64,000 nucleotides of DNA. Source: the human T2T-CHM13v2.0 reference genome, Homo sapiens. Positions 42,212 through 64,000 of the stretch are shown piece after piece. The position numbers were made by a program, and so were the translations under genes. The stretch is from the NCBI RefSeq assembly GCF_009914755.1, contig NC_060927.1, one strand, 5' to 3'. Under the pieces are notes generated by a model. The model was given only the letters and a program-made list of their open reading frames with translations. It was not told the origin of the DNA and searched no databases. Each line of letters opens with the position of its first letter. Position 1 is the stretch's first letter.

Positions 42212-43228
42212 ATGGGGAAAAAACAGAACAGAAAAACTGGAAACTCTAAAACGCAGAGCGCCTCTCCTCCTCCAAAGGAACGCAGTTCCTCACCAGCAAC
42301 AGAACAAAGCTGGATGGAGAATGATTTTGACGAGCTGAGAGAAGAAGGCTTCAGACGATCAAATTACTCTGAGCTATGGGAGGACATTCAAACCAAAGGC
42401 AAAGAAGTTGAAAACTTTGAAAAAAATTTAGAAGAATGTATAACGAGAATAACCAATACAGAGAAGTGCTTAAAGGAGCTGATGGAGCTGAAAACCAAGG
42501 CTCGAGAACTACGTGAAGAATGCAGAAGCCTCAGGAACCGATGCGATCAACTGGAAGAAAGGGTATCAGCAATGGAAGATGAAATGAATGAAATGAAGCG
42601 AGAAGGGAAGTTTAGAGAAAAAAGAATAAAAAGAAATGAGCAAAGCCTCCAAGAAATATGGGACTATGTGAAAAGACCAAATCTACGTCTGATTGGTGTA
42701 CCTGAAAGTGATGTGGAGAATGGAACCAAGTTGGAAAACACTCTGCAGGATATTATCCAGGAGAACTTCCCCAATCTAGCAAGGCAGGCCAACATTCAGA
42801 TTCCGGAAATACAGAGAATGCCACAAAGATAATCCTCGAGAAGAGCAACTCCAAGACACATAATTGTCAGATTCACCAAAGTTGAAATGAAGGAAAAAAT
42901 GTTAAGGGCAGCCAGAGAGAAAGGTCGGGTTACCCTCAAAGGGAAGCCCATCAGACTAACAGCGGATCTCTCGGCAGAAACCCTACAAGCCAGAAGAGAG
43001 TGGGGGCCAATATTCAACATTCTTAAAGAAAAGAATTTTCAACCCAGAATTTCATATCCAGCCAAACTAAGCTTCATAAGTGAAGGAGAAATAAAATACT
43101 TTACAGACAAGCAAATGCTGAGAGATTTTGTCACCATCAGGCCTGCCCTAAAAGAGCTCCTGAAGGAAGCGCTAAACATGGAAAGGAACAACCAGTACCA
43201 GCCACTGCAAAATCATGCCAAAATGTAA
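42212..43228 (+). pseudogene. L1 ORF1p with premature stop
   Basis: MGKKQNRKTG... with TAA at 42830-42832 (consensus TAC); the rest of the frame stays open to 43228. Confidence 0.95.
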
Positions 43229-43267
43229 AGACCATCGAGACTAGGAAGAAACTGCATCAACTAATGA

Positions 43268-47118
<3,851 letters not shown>

Positions 47119-49619
47119 ACAATGAGATCACATGGACACAGGAAAGGGAATATCACACTCTGGGGACTGTGGTGGGGTGGGGGGATGGGGGGAGGGATAG
47201 CATTGGGAGATATACCTAATGCTAGGTGACGAGTTAGTGGGTGCAGCGCACCAGCATGGCACATGTATACATATGTAACTAACCCGCACAATGTGCACAT
47301 GTACCCTAAAACTTAAAGTATAAAAAAAAAAAAAAACTGATGAAGTTCAATAAGATGGAAGATATTTTGGAGACAGGTAGCTAGAATGAGGACAAAGTGG
47401 CCAGAAATTAAGTCGTTCTATCCTTGGATAAGAATAGGTTGAGAATATTTATCTGGTCATATCCATAATATTTCCAGCCCTCATGATGTATGATAGCACA
47501 ATACACTGGCTCGTATTCTATTATACTATCCTATAGGCAGGTATTAGTCCTGTTACTATAACAAGCAGATTCCTAAACCACCAGTAACTGCAGCAGTGCT
47601 CCCCTTGGTTTATACCATGTATTAGTATTAATGGAAGAGACCCCAGGTACTTCATTTAATGTCAGATATCCCTCTACTTACAGCAATCCAGATTATTATG
47701 GCATGAAACCAATAAATTGACTATTGGAGTAATATAAATATCTTATTTATATTTCAGTTAAAAGGATGAAGGGGCCTATAGACTGTAACAAGTTATATAA
47801 TAATACAGTGAGTCACTAGAAAATTTATTTTCAAAATTAAAGAAAAGGAAATTCAAACACTGTACTTTATTATTAGTCATAAGATTCCATCTAAATATCT
47901 TTTTGAAGGGTATTAAAAGAGAGGTCAAAATGGAAAATGTAATAAAACCAAAGGATAGGAAACACACACCAGACCAAAAAAAAAAAAAAATCACCATACA
48001 CTGTAGTCTGAAGTTTTCTAGTAATATTGATTTGGAACAGCTACATAAACCAATTTGATTCATTGACTTTTTGATGGTGTACATTTTGTCCTTTCAGGTC
48101 TTATATTGAACATAATATATCACTGTATATAGAATGGATATAGTTTTTATTAGAGAGAGAGGGGAAAAAGCCAGGTTTCATTAGATCATATCAAGCTGAA
48201 AAACTATAAGCTTTAGAAAGTAATTGGGTACCCATGCCATGGAAAAGAAATATTCTGTTGAAACGTTGACTTTCAGTATTTTCAGCAGGACATGTATTTA
48301 ATAAGTATCATAGTATGAAACTTCCTGTAAAATCCTCACTTTTGTAAGTTATAGATTGATTGGTCTTTGATTTGGGCTTTTATTGAAAACAATTACACGT
48401 TGTATATCAATTGTTTGAATGATTGCTCTTTTGTAAATTTACTTCACTATTTGAAACTGATTTTTATTATAAAAATTTCCTTGACAATCCAAACTCAGTT
48501 TTTAAGTATGTTTCTCAAATAAGTTGTAGTTTAAGTTTCACATTTCAATTAATTAATCACTTGAAAGGATAAAGGAGAGTCAAATTTTGTAACACATCTA
48601 CCCATCATAATAAGCCGACTCTAAATCAAACCCCTTGTAGTTAACTTCAACAGGAAGCACGATTAGTTTTCCAAGGCCTAGGGGATTATACAAAAATGGA
48701 TTAAGAATGATTTATCCCTTAAGCAAATCGCAGATTGTGTCATTCACTCCTTCTAACTGAAGTCAAACAGAAAATGCTCTTAACGAGAAGGAATAACAAC
48801 TAAGTCACTAAATAGAGTGATAAAGTTTAAATCTCATGTCAGGCACATAGGTGAAAGATACAGGGAATAGGGAATTGGCTGGCATGTAGTTTTTAAATAG
48901 TTTAAGATAAAGAAAAATTGCATCCATTTGCAACTAATTTAAACTTCCGTGCATTTTGAAAATGTAAATAGATAAGTGATCTCTTTTTTAACCACTCATT
49001 TTAAACCACTGAGATTTTCTCTCAAAATTATATTATAATTTCACTTTAAATTCAGGTGTAGTTGTCACTACTGTCAAACTGTAATACGATCATGAAATTG
49101 ATTTTACATTTGTGTGAAAGTGAATGTAATAAAACAATTTCCTCTCTACTTTTGTTTCTGATCCTACCCCCCTTCAGGAAAGGGATTATCTGTTTTTCTT
49201 TTACCGTAAAAACACCCCAGGCTTAATATTTAATCAAATTTGAAACACAATTTCTAATTAAAAACAGAAATCACAAGAAAACTAAGGGAATAGAAATAGA
49301 TAAGAATAGTATGAAAATTCTGAAAAGGGAGAAATAAATGAAAAATCTAGTTCTCCCAGGTAATATATTCTATTTTTTAAAAGTACAGTAATTGAAGCTT
49401 AGCTTAATTGAAACTACAATAGAAAATCGAAAAGAAGAGGCAAAAGAGTTGGTCCAAAAACCATTCTAGATATAGTGCCATTTAACACATTAGAAAGGGA
49501 TATGACTCACTGCTATGTAAGAAAGCAAATTAAATACAAAAAAAAAAACATAGGAAGCTTGACCTATAAGTAGGTAAAGAACTCATACAGTGTATTTATT
49601 AAAGAAGAAATATCCATAC

Positions 49620-49978
49620 GTAGTATATGATACACAATACAGACAAACTGGGTGGTTTAGAACAAGAGAAATTCGTTATTTCTTAGTTCTAGAAGCCAAT
49701 TTTCTTTGGCTTCTGTTACATCACTTTGATTTTTGACTTTATAGTCACACGATGTTCTGTGTGTGTGTGGTGGTGGGGGAATGTGTATCCAAATTTTGCT
49801 TTTGTATAAGAATACCAGTCATATTGGATTAGGGACCCACTCTACTTCAGTATGACGTCCTGACTTAACTAAGTACATAGGCAACAACACCATTTTTCAA
49901 TAAGGTCACATTCTAAGAAACTAAGGGTTAGAACTTTACCATATGAATTTGGGAGAAAGAAAATTCAACCTGTATAAG
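49620..49978 (-). mobile_element. MLT1 (MLT1A/B-like) LTR among old L1ME fragments
   Basis: 'acaaactgggtggtttagaac..agttctagaagcc', 'accagtcatattggattagggacccac', 'aataaggtcacattct..gggttagaact'. Confidence 0.78.
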
Positions 49979-50369
49979 ATTGTAAACACATAAATATGAA
50001 CTCCCTTTAGCAGGTAATGAAAGAATTTCAAATTAAAATGAACGGTGTTATACCATTAAAGTAAATAAGTATGTATTACTGAATGATGGTAAATCACTTT
50101 TGTAAACTGTGCTGTCTTCCTGGGGTGGGAAGAATCTGTCAAAATGTATGAACCATCTTTGAATTCTGAATTTGGCTAAATCATTTCACATGTATGACTA
50201 TTTTTAAAGAAAATTATTCTAACAGTCATTATATGTTTTTATAAAAAGGTTTTTAAAACATTTTTATTTATAAAATATTGGAAAAAATGTCAACCTTAGA
50301 AAACAATAGGATAATTTGGTTGCTATACATAATATACTGTATAATAATATACAGACATTAAATAATTGT

Positions 50370-50620
50370 GGCTAACTATATGGTTACTAATATGCCAAAT
50401 ATTAATCTAAGCACTTTATTTGTGTTAACTCATTAAAAACTTACAAGAACCCTACAAGGAATATGCTATTATTATTTCAGTTTTATTTTTTATAAGCTTT
50501 AGTTGTAGAAGAGTTAAATAACTTGTCTAAGGTCACATATTTTTGTAAATAACAAAGCAGAGATTGAACCCCAGGCGATCTGGCTCCAAGATTCATGATC
50601 ATAACCCCTTACTATATCAA
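50370..50620 (-). mobile_element. MIR
   Basis: 'ctaagcacttta..ttaactcatt..aaccctac..gagttaaataacttgtctaaggtcaca..gattgaaccccaggcgatctggctcc'. Confidence 0.78.
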
Positions 50621-53600
50621 CTTCATAAGCTGATATTAAAATATGTACCACCAGGTTGTTTAAGACAAAGCATATTATTATACATTTAATTTTAATTATT
50701 TGCATTGATAAATAAGATAGGAAGACATTATGCCAAGATATTAAAATCCATTGCCTTGGAGTTGCAGAATTATCAGTAACTTTTACTGTTACTTGCATTT
50801 TTGTGTATTCTTGTCTAATATATACATAAAACTTTAGGATAAAAAATTACTTGATAAGTGATTATATACATTTCTTATATATGATGTTTGCTAGATCAAA
50901 TGCAACAATGAGGGAGATATTTGGAAATTTGAACTTCTGTTTCACTCTAGGTAAGCTCTTGTTTTTTAAATTCAAGTTTCAGGCAGCTAGATACACTGAC
51001 AAAATATAAATAGATTACATGTTTTATGTAATTAACCCAGGGTCACTATCTATTAGAGTTTAGTTTGCAAATCTACCTTGGGGAACTATGGAATACTCGG
51101 CACTTCATGTGACCTAATTTGCGTATATGACCCTGTACCCTGATAGACTTACTCCGAAGTAATTTTAAACTGTTGCCAGGTCCTCTGGATACTTGATTTT
51201 GGTTACTATCCCAAGAATTATATTCATTAAAACACTCTTGGAGGGGTGCGTTGGAGACTTGTAGGAGCTATAAAATTATAATAATATACCATAGACCAAT
51301 AAGTAATCAGCAAAAGCACAACTGCTCCAGCGAGAATAAAAAATAATCCAAAGAAAAGTAGAGCAATATGAAAAGGAGCAGGATAAAGAAACATGACCCT
51401 CCCCACAATTTCATATTTTGTTCCTCAGCATCATAACGTATATTACATTTATTGCCTGAATATTAAATGTGGTAATAGGGGAGGGCAATGCAACTAAAAT
51501 ATAAATTACTTGCAATAGTATATAAAGTCAAGTAGGCCAATTGTTAAACAAAATAATCTTTGTTTTTGTCACATCATTACTACAAACATTAAATATGACA
51601 CTATCTGATCTCAACATCTACTGCCTCATGTCTACTTGTATACCTCAAACCTAGAGACTTAAATGTTATTATTTTGTTCAATATTTCTTGCTAAGAAATG
51701 TGATATGTTGCAGTATAATGGGCTTACATTTCCAAAACAGTTTTAAAAGACTTCAGAGAAGTCCATTAAGCCTTGAGGGGAAAAAATTCAACAGAAGGCT
51801 AAAGAGCAAAATTTATTCTGGGAACAAGGAAGAAATTCAGATTTTAGAGCTGAGACACCAACTCAGTTAAATCAGTCACAAGGGTGATAATTTGTGTGCC
51901 CAAGATTTTGCCCAGATAACTCTCTTCATCAGTCATGCCAAAATTCAAATTTTTCCCTACAGACTAGAACAAGGTTAGAAGAAATTTCTTTATGGAGAGA
52001 ATATATGAAGGTATTGTTGTCTATGGTGGAGACAGAAAATGTAAAATAGCAGAGTTTCAGTATATCCTGTAAAGATTAGATCTTTAAGTCATTCTTTCTG
52101 CAATATGTTCATATCTAGCCTTACTTGAAATTGTGTTTGGTCAAGTTTATTTTTATTCCTTTAGTCTTTCAGTTATGATTATCTTAAGATTTTATTACAT
52201 TCAGTTTAGTCATAGCTCTTTATAGCTTAAAATTTGAAAAATAATAGCAATTATTCACACTGCTGTGTGAATGAATCTCTTATTGATGTTAAAATAATCT
52301 CAAAAAATAGTTGTGCCCTCTTCCTACTCATGAAACTAGCTTTGTGTTTTAAAGATTCAGATTAGATTAATGTTTATCAGTTTCATCTCTCCTTGCATTA
52401 CTAAAACAATGAATTAATCATGTTGGCTGTCATTATCGACATGGAGAAAAATTAATCAACATTATCATTGAAGGCATATAATTTTAATTTAGGATACCAA
52501 CGATGTAGGTAAGACCAAAGATACTGAGACATTTCCCAGTGCATGTATGTTCCAAGTGCCAATGCATTTTTGATAACACAAAGGTAACAAGAATCAGAGA
52601 ATTTTTCCCTTTCACTTAAATTCACTTTCTTTAATTTAGTATTATGTCTCTTGTTCAAATATCAAAATTTAGCCACAGCAAAAGCTGGCACATATTCCAA
52701 TTCGTTGTGAACTATCAGAATTTTTGTTTGTTTAGACATGAGTTAGAAAATAACCAATCTTCCAATTCAAAGTCACATTTCAGCTGTTTAACATTTGGGG
52801 CCAGTTAAACTATAGGAGACTGTGTGAAAGAAGAAAGTGCCTGAGTGGGTCTGATTCACAAAAGTAAAAAAATAACTACATAAATAAAAAGGATACTGTA
52901 TACTTGAACACAAATTTGGCTGATTTCCTATTTTAGCTTTTATATCCTTCAGGTAAATGAAGAGTTGTCATGTAGAAGCTCTGGGAGAGTCCTCTCATGC
53001 ATGCGTTTTGCCTTCCACGTGCCAGATTCTGATTGATACTTATGGCCTGTTTTTCTACTCTTCCCGACTCTGGAGTCTCTTTGTGAGAAGCTGATTTTGA
53101 TCTCAAGTCCTAAAGGTGAAAATTAATGGGATTTTCTTCTGTTTCTCTGTTCTAAAACCTTCCATTGGTTATCTGATGACTGCTTGTCCCTACATAAATA
53201 GGCCCTGCTCCCTTCCTTATGCTTGAATTTGCCCAACATTCTGGGACTTTGCTGTCCCTCCTCCCACCTCCAATCTACCACTCCACAGTTTTCCAAATAT
53301 ATTTATTATTGTGCTGACAATGTGGAAAATTCTTATTCATGCCATTATCAATACATGTGTGGCAACTGATACAATACAATTGTATCAATACAATTGTGTG
53401 GCACAGGTCTCCATAATGAGGATACAATGATACAACATAATCACTAGACAAAAGGAGTTCTCAGTCTAAAACAGAAAGTTACACTTGTTGGGCCGGGTGT
53501 GGTGGCTCATGCCTGTAATCTCAGCACTTTGGGAGGCCGAGGTGGGCGGATCACAAGGTAAAGAGATCGAGACCATCCTGGCTAACACAGTGAAAACCTT

Positions 53601-53629
53601 GTCTCTACTAAAAATACAAGAAATTAGCC

Positions 53630-58420
<4,791 letters not shown>

Positions 58421-59906
58421 CTAGGGAACTACAGGGAACAGAAAGGAGGTATCCAAGATAGATTGGCTAGGGATGGGGTGGCCTAGAAGTTAAATACTGT
58501 TGGGGATGCATTCCTAGACAGGATGATGCTTGATACAAGAATTTATCTCATGTCTAGACTATTTTTTTTCTATTTTCTGTACATTGGACAGTCTACAATT
58601 CTATTGTTTATTTAAAATTAGCAATAAATTTACAAGAAAAGTGAGAAATTTTTATGAGGGTGGTAGATTAGAGGAGCAATGAACCATGTACATGAACATC
58701 TGTATCAAGATGTTTTCATTCAAATTCCAGTCTTCCCTTTGACAGACTTTATGGCCAAGGACAAATTCACTCACATCTTCATGTCTAAGTCTTCATATAG
58801 ATAATTTTAGAGATTTAGGTGTTCTCCAAAATCTTATATTTCAGAAACTACTTGTCAGGAGTCTTTAAGGAAAGGTGATAACTCTTCTGTTGCTAGTGTT
58901 AGGATGGGAAACTCATGAATAAAGTTTGGGTGGGTCTTCGTGCCACATGAACTACTTTTCTTATAACCTAACAGAAAAAGATAAATATCATATAACATCT
59001 ACCAGCCAGCTATTTCACTGCTCTTGATGAATGAGGAACAAACAGATCTGGGGTCATTTTCACTATTAACATGGCTTTATAAGGGAATATGTCAGAAGAG
59101 TCATGTATTTTAAAAAAATTGTATTTATGTGAAAAACAGCACCATGCAGTTATTTTGAGCTTTACATATCATTAATTTTCAGAAACTTGTTTCACATGGA
59201 TATTATCTTCCAATGCTATTTTGACACAATTATAGAGAATACAGAAGAAATTAAAATTTGGGCTATTCTTAACCAAAAACTAAGAGCAGGAATAAAACAA
59301 TGGAATCTGTGGATATATATCATAAACTGTAATTTTATGAATATATTATAGAAACCACCCTATCTCTAATAGCACAATTTTAAAGATCTTTTGGAATACC
59401 CGAAGAAGGAGGAGCATAGAAAGCATGGAAAAGAAATCATAGGAAGCAGAGACAGCTAGGTCAATTCAGACCCATGATTTCATCTTTGGAAATTTAAGTC
59501 AGCCGTGAAGTTGCTATGTGCATTAATGAAATTTCAGTGTCAGTGTTGTATTCTAGATTATGACCGAAGTCTCAAATTTATTGACTTAGCAGAAATCACA
59601 CCCAATATTTTTATTTTAGTTAATGTCTATTTTGTTGACTAATTTTATACTATAAGCAGAGAGGTGCAGAAAGGTCTGCAATGGGGGGTTTTAATTAATA
59701 TTTGTAAGTTTTATTTATACTGTTTAATCAATGAACTGGGCCATGAGATCAATTTATTACCAGAAAACAAAGATTGAATAAATGATTCCAGAATTGTATT
59801 TTCTGGTGACGTTTAAAATCAACTTCCATTTATAAGTCAGAAATTACAAAGTTTGGAAACAGATACAATTACTAAGGTAAAAATGTTACCTTAGGCTCTG
59901 CTGCAT

Positions 59907-60373
59907 TGTCAAAAATTATGAGGGATCTGAGATATTACCATATCGAACACTTACAGTGTAGTAAGTCCGAAATCTCACTGATGAAATTAGAAGACATGAC
60001 AATCCTGATTTAGAGAAAAGGACTTTATCGTTGTGGCACAGCAAGCAGCCTAAGCTTTACATTCACATCAGTTTTTCTTGCTCCTCAAATTCTATAGGGG
60101 CAAGACAGAGAATTCTAGGTGGAATCTGTTCACTCAGTGAGTTTGCATCACACCTGAGCAACACCAAGGACAGTTAATGCTAATCTTCTCTGTTGGGCTG
60201 TAAGCAGACCTGCCCAATATTTGCTTCCTGCAGGGACACACTGTCTCCATTTTCCAAGGACATGTGTAATATAGACATCCTTGAAAAAACAGTCCCAAAC
60301 AAGTGACTCTGTGCATAATAACATTGCACAGAAAGACAATGGAGAAATTACCCATGGAGAATTATCTCCCAAG
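59907..60373 (-). mobile_element. Old ERVL LTR (LTR47/MER76-like)
   Basis: 'attatgagggatctgagat..agaagacatga..aggactttat..gtaagcagacctgccc..cccatggagaattatctcccaa'. Confidence 0.6.
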
Positions 60374-61772
60374 GTGGAGTTGGTTAGTTTGCTTATCAAG
60401 ATGTGGGTGTATTTCAAAATGTTGAAAGCTTATTTTTCAATTTTTCCAAATACTTTTTTTTTCCCCATCAGCTTGGTCTTTTGGCATTTCATATAATTAC
60501 CTTGCACACGTGGCCATCACTCTGCCGGCAAAGCCTTTAGTGATGAAATTCTCAATGATCGCATGACATTTTGGGTTATTTGATTTTGCACTCAGTATCA
60601 TTTCTAATTGTTATTAAGTTTGCTGTTTTGATTTGATGATGAATATATTGTTAGATCTAGTTTCAAAGTTGGTGCTTAAAAGGTGCTAATGCCTTTATAA
60701 AGTTAAGATGTAGTTTTGTGTTTACCTTTCTATGCTAATTTTACAAAAAGATGAAAAGGCAAATCAGGATAAAATCTCTGTTCAAGTTTTCTGGAGAAAT
60801 CTTTTTTTCTAGCTTTTCCTCCCTCTTTTTAGTCATACATTACTAATGTGGCAAGCATAGTGAAAGTTATTGTTAGAGAAATTCACTTTAATACCATTCA
60901 GATGTACAATGGCTAGAACAAGACCTGAGCCCAATAGATTTTCTCTGAAAAGTTTGTATCTAACAAACAATACAGCAGAATCACAGCATTATTGAGCATT
61001 TCTGCTTCAATGACAAGATGAAGGACTTGTGAAAAAAATGTTTCTTCTCTAATGTCCACATAAGCACCACATGAAACAAATACCTCTTAATAGTCAACAC
61101 ACTGGAATATGCACATAATATAATCATGATTATTATTTTACAGATTTAATTAATTATTTTATTGATCTATATGGTGCTGGTTATTCCCTTCTCACACTAG
61201 GTAGGTGAAAGATGGCTTTGTGTTAATGGGTTTGAGTCCCAACCTGAATTTGATTTAAAAATAATGACAAAGTCTATAGTCTATCTGGACATCCCATACA
61301 AGATCTCTGCCATTAACACTCAACTCACTTTCATTCTATGGAGGTTAAAGTTTAATTCAAATTATCAAACAAGTATTTTCCTACAATATGCTTAAAGAAT
61401 CTTGATTTTAATTAGAGATTGCCAATTAGAATAGTCATTAGACTCAGACAATTTTAATAAGCTGCTGAGGTGAGTTAGTGAAAAGGAAGTTGACTCTAGA
61501 AGTCAGTGTCAGAGGGACACTAAGGAAAAAATGGACTTTTGCAAGATGGAAAGTCCAGGCCCTTTGTTGGGAGAGGAGGAGAGCCTCTGTTACTGAGACT
61601 CAGCCAATTTTAAGAATGTGACATATTGACAGATGTTCCAATAATTTCAAGAGAAGATTCAGAATTATGTAAACACCCATTTTTTTAAAGCCACTCTTAG
61701 GTTACTTTGTGAGTTGTCAGTTTCTGCCCTTTGCTACTCATGTGAAGTGGCACTTAAAAACATATGCAGATA

Positions 61773-62256
61773 CTACTTAGCCCAGGGCCTAGTGGCTAAG
61801 CTGGTTCTCTCCTTTCCAGTTGGAGGCCTCTGCCACAAACATACTCTGCCAGATCATTAGTCAGGTCAAGAAGCATCCAAGCTTGATGCCCCTCTTTGTA
61901 TTTATTGGAGTTGGAGATACTGGAGCAGCACTGTATCTCTTATTTCTGGCATTGTTCAATCCAGATGTTAATTGGGACAGAAAGAATAACTCAGAGCCCT
62001 GGAACAAACTGGATCCCAATGATCAGTACAAGTTCTACTCAGTGAATGTGGATTACAGCAAACTAAAGAAAGAAGGTCCAGATTTCTAAATGAAATGTTT
62101 CACTATAAAGCTACTTTAGAATGAAGGTCTTCCAGAAGCCATCTGCACAATTTTCAACTTAACAAGGAAATATTTCTCCTCTAAATGCATGAAATCATGT
62201 TGATGTAATCTATTGGAGATTATACTGATTAATAAATAACAAACTTGAAAATAAAA
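61773..62256 (+). pseudogene. NDUFA4: NDUFA4 (COXFA4) processed pseudogene
   Basis: Intronless copy with the 5'UTR and CDS 61841-62089 (start ATG>ATA; [64 protein letters not shown]). The 3'UTR has AATAAA at 62231 and an A-rich remnant. Degenerate TSD aaaacatatgcagata / aaaacaggtgccata at a TT/AAAA site. The numbered pseudogene locus cannot be determined here. Confidence 0.95.
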
Positions 62257-63334
62257 CAGGTGCCATAAAATCTTTTCATTTACTAATGAGCTACTAAATT
62301 AACTGCCCCATTCTGAAGAGAGATCAGGCTTATTTCTGAGAATGTAGAGAGCATGGTGCTTCTACACTTGTCTTATGATGCACAGCTTTGATCTTGTGAA
62401 GAAAACCTAAATTATCAGTTTTTCTCATGTGTGTTTTGGAATAAAAATTATCCACTTGACAGTGGAAACAAAGGGAGAGGATATTCTAAAGCAAAAATTA
62501 ATCATTTCGTTGAACTAAGATCCTTGCTGTCATAGAACAATGTCAGATCCCTAAAATGTAAAACATGCACCTTTATGCCTACATCCTTGCAAATTTGCTC
62601 CTGGGAATGGTAATGCAAATAAAATCTGGCCCATTTGTTATGGATTGCTTTGAACCAATTTAATTGAGTTACTGACCTATTAAAAGAAACCATTTTAAGT
62701 TGAAATATTAAAATGGAGGATTCAACCAATGTTTGCTAAAGACTATATGGCCCATTATCCCAAAAAGATAATTACATTCAAATATTATAGTCAAACTTTA
62801 TCTTAAATTCAGAAATTTTGTTTTTCTCCTGGCATTAAACAGGTAGCCACCCTTCTTTTATCTTCTTAGTTCTTGTATAATATTTTGGAAATACTTGCAA
62901 TGATTTTCACTATCAACCCTGAATGTTAATAGTGGGGAAATTAATCCTTCTGGGTATTAATTATGTAAAAAGTACTCTGGGGTTGTGGGGAAGTGTTTGT
63001 TATAGTACTGAATTAATGATTAAATACTACCTATCAAATATAGTGAGTAAGTATAATATTATCATCAAAGGTATTTGCAGAAAATTCTCATGTGAAATTT
63101 ACAGTTGAACTCCTTGCAATTGGTTCTAATCTTCTAGGATCTCTCAACAGAAAGGGAGAAATCAACTACATGGAAAAGAACTTAAAAAAATCAATTCCAT
63201 CTGTGTTCAGGTCTTCACAATCTAGGCTTAGGAAAACAAATGTTTTAAAGTGATAACTGGTTAAACTGTTATTTTTGTTAGCATTGGTTTTATCTTAAGG
63301 CTGATTTATCTAGTGCCCTCAAGAGGGCTACAGT

Positions 63335-63937
63335 TGTGTCAGACATCATATCTGTGTTAGGGATCCCTAAGACCACCCTCAGGTTCAATAATTCACTTGA
63401 AGGACTCAGAGAGCTCAAAAGCTGTCATACTCTTGGAGTTTTTTACATTGGAAAGATGATATTGAAATCAGCAAAGGAAAAATGCACATGGGGCACAATC
63501 TGGCAGACATCAGGTACAAGCTTCTAGGTGTTTTCTCTCTTTGGGGCTGCATAATGTGTTTAATTTTCTTGGTACAAATAAGTAACAATACACTCTAAGC
63601 ATTGCCAATGTGGCTTTGTGTCAAGAAATCTTATTGGGGGTCATTTATGTAGGCCATGCACACCAACATGACTGACGCTACCTTCTCAGACTCCAGACCC
63701 CCGGAGCAGAAACAGGTATTCACCATAAATCCCACTGTTAACTAACCATCCTGTCAAGTTGGTACAGAACAGCCCAAGGCCTCAGGCATACAAAAAACTC
63801 TTATCAGGGAGAACATTCCAAGGGCTCAGAGCTCAGTAACCAGAAGCCAACCAAAGCCAATCTTGAGAACAGGCCCTTATTGGAAATGTACAGTATTTGA
63901 TTAATTGAGGAATGCTGAATTAAATGTTTCCTGCACA
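63335..63937 (-). mobile_element. ERVL LTR (MER77/MER21-family)
   Basis: 'gggatccctaagaccaccctcaggttcaataattcacttgaaggactcaga..aaagctgtcatactc'; ends 'tgctgaattaa..ctgcaca'. Confidence 0.72.
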
Positions 63938-64000
63938 ATATCAGACAAAGGAAAGGAATTTTCACCTCTAGAGTCTCTTTTATAAGAGTCAGGGACGTAT

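Overview
AT-rich, repeat-dense great-ape (human-like) genomic DNA with no recognisable intact protein-coding exon and no rRNA, tRNA or CRISPR features. Landmarks: (1) a near-complete HERV-K(HML-3)/HERVK9 provirus with MER9 LTRs (29809-36843); (2) a full-length but coding-dead L1PA2-like element with a perfect 17-bp TSD and an intact antisense ORF0 (41312-47336); (3) a nested stack L2 > AluY > 5'-truncated L1PA2/3 > AluY (53491-58377); (4) an LTR-int-LTR MST MaLR element containing a young AluY; (5) an ERVL pol relic split by a THE1 LTR; (6) an NDUFA4 (COXFA4) processed pseudogene (61773-62256); plus old L1M, L2, MIR, Tigger1 and MADE1 relics. The most interesting observation is that the two young L1s, which are independent insertions about 10.5-10.9 kb apart, share a patchwork of non-consensus substitutions, including the RT active-site change FADD>FADN. 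This suggests interlocus gene conversion, a shared RT-variant source, or an assembly artefact. Second, the NDUFA4 retrocopy keeps an uninterrupted 82-codon frame with ancestral (mouse/cow-like) residues. Subfamily names and consensus comparisons come from recalled sequences and need RepeatMasker/Dfam confirmation; difference counts are by eye. I found no convincing new biological system, only these candidates.
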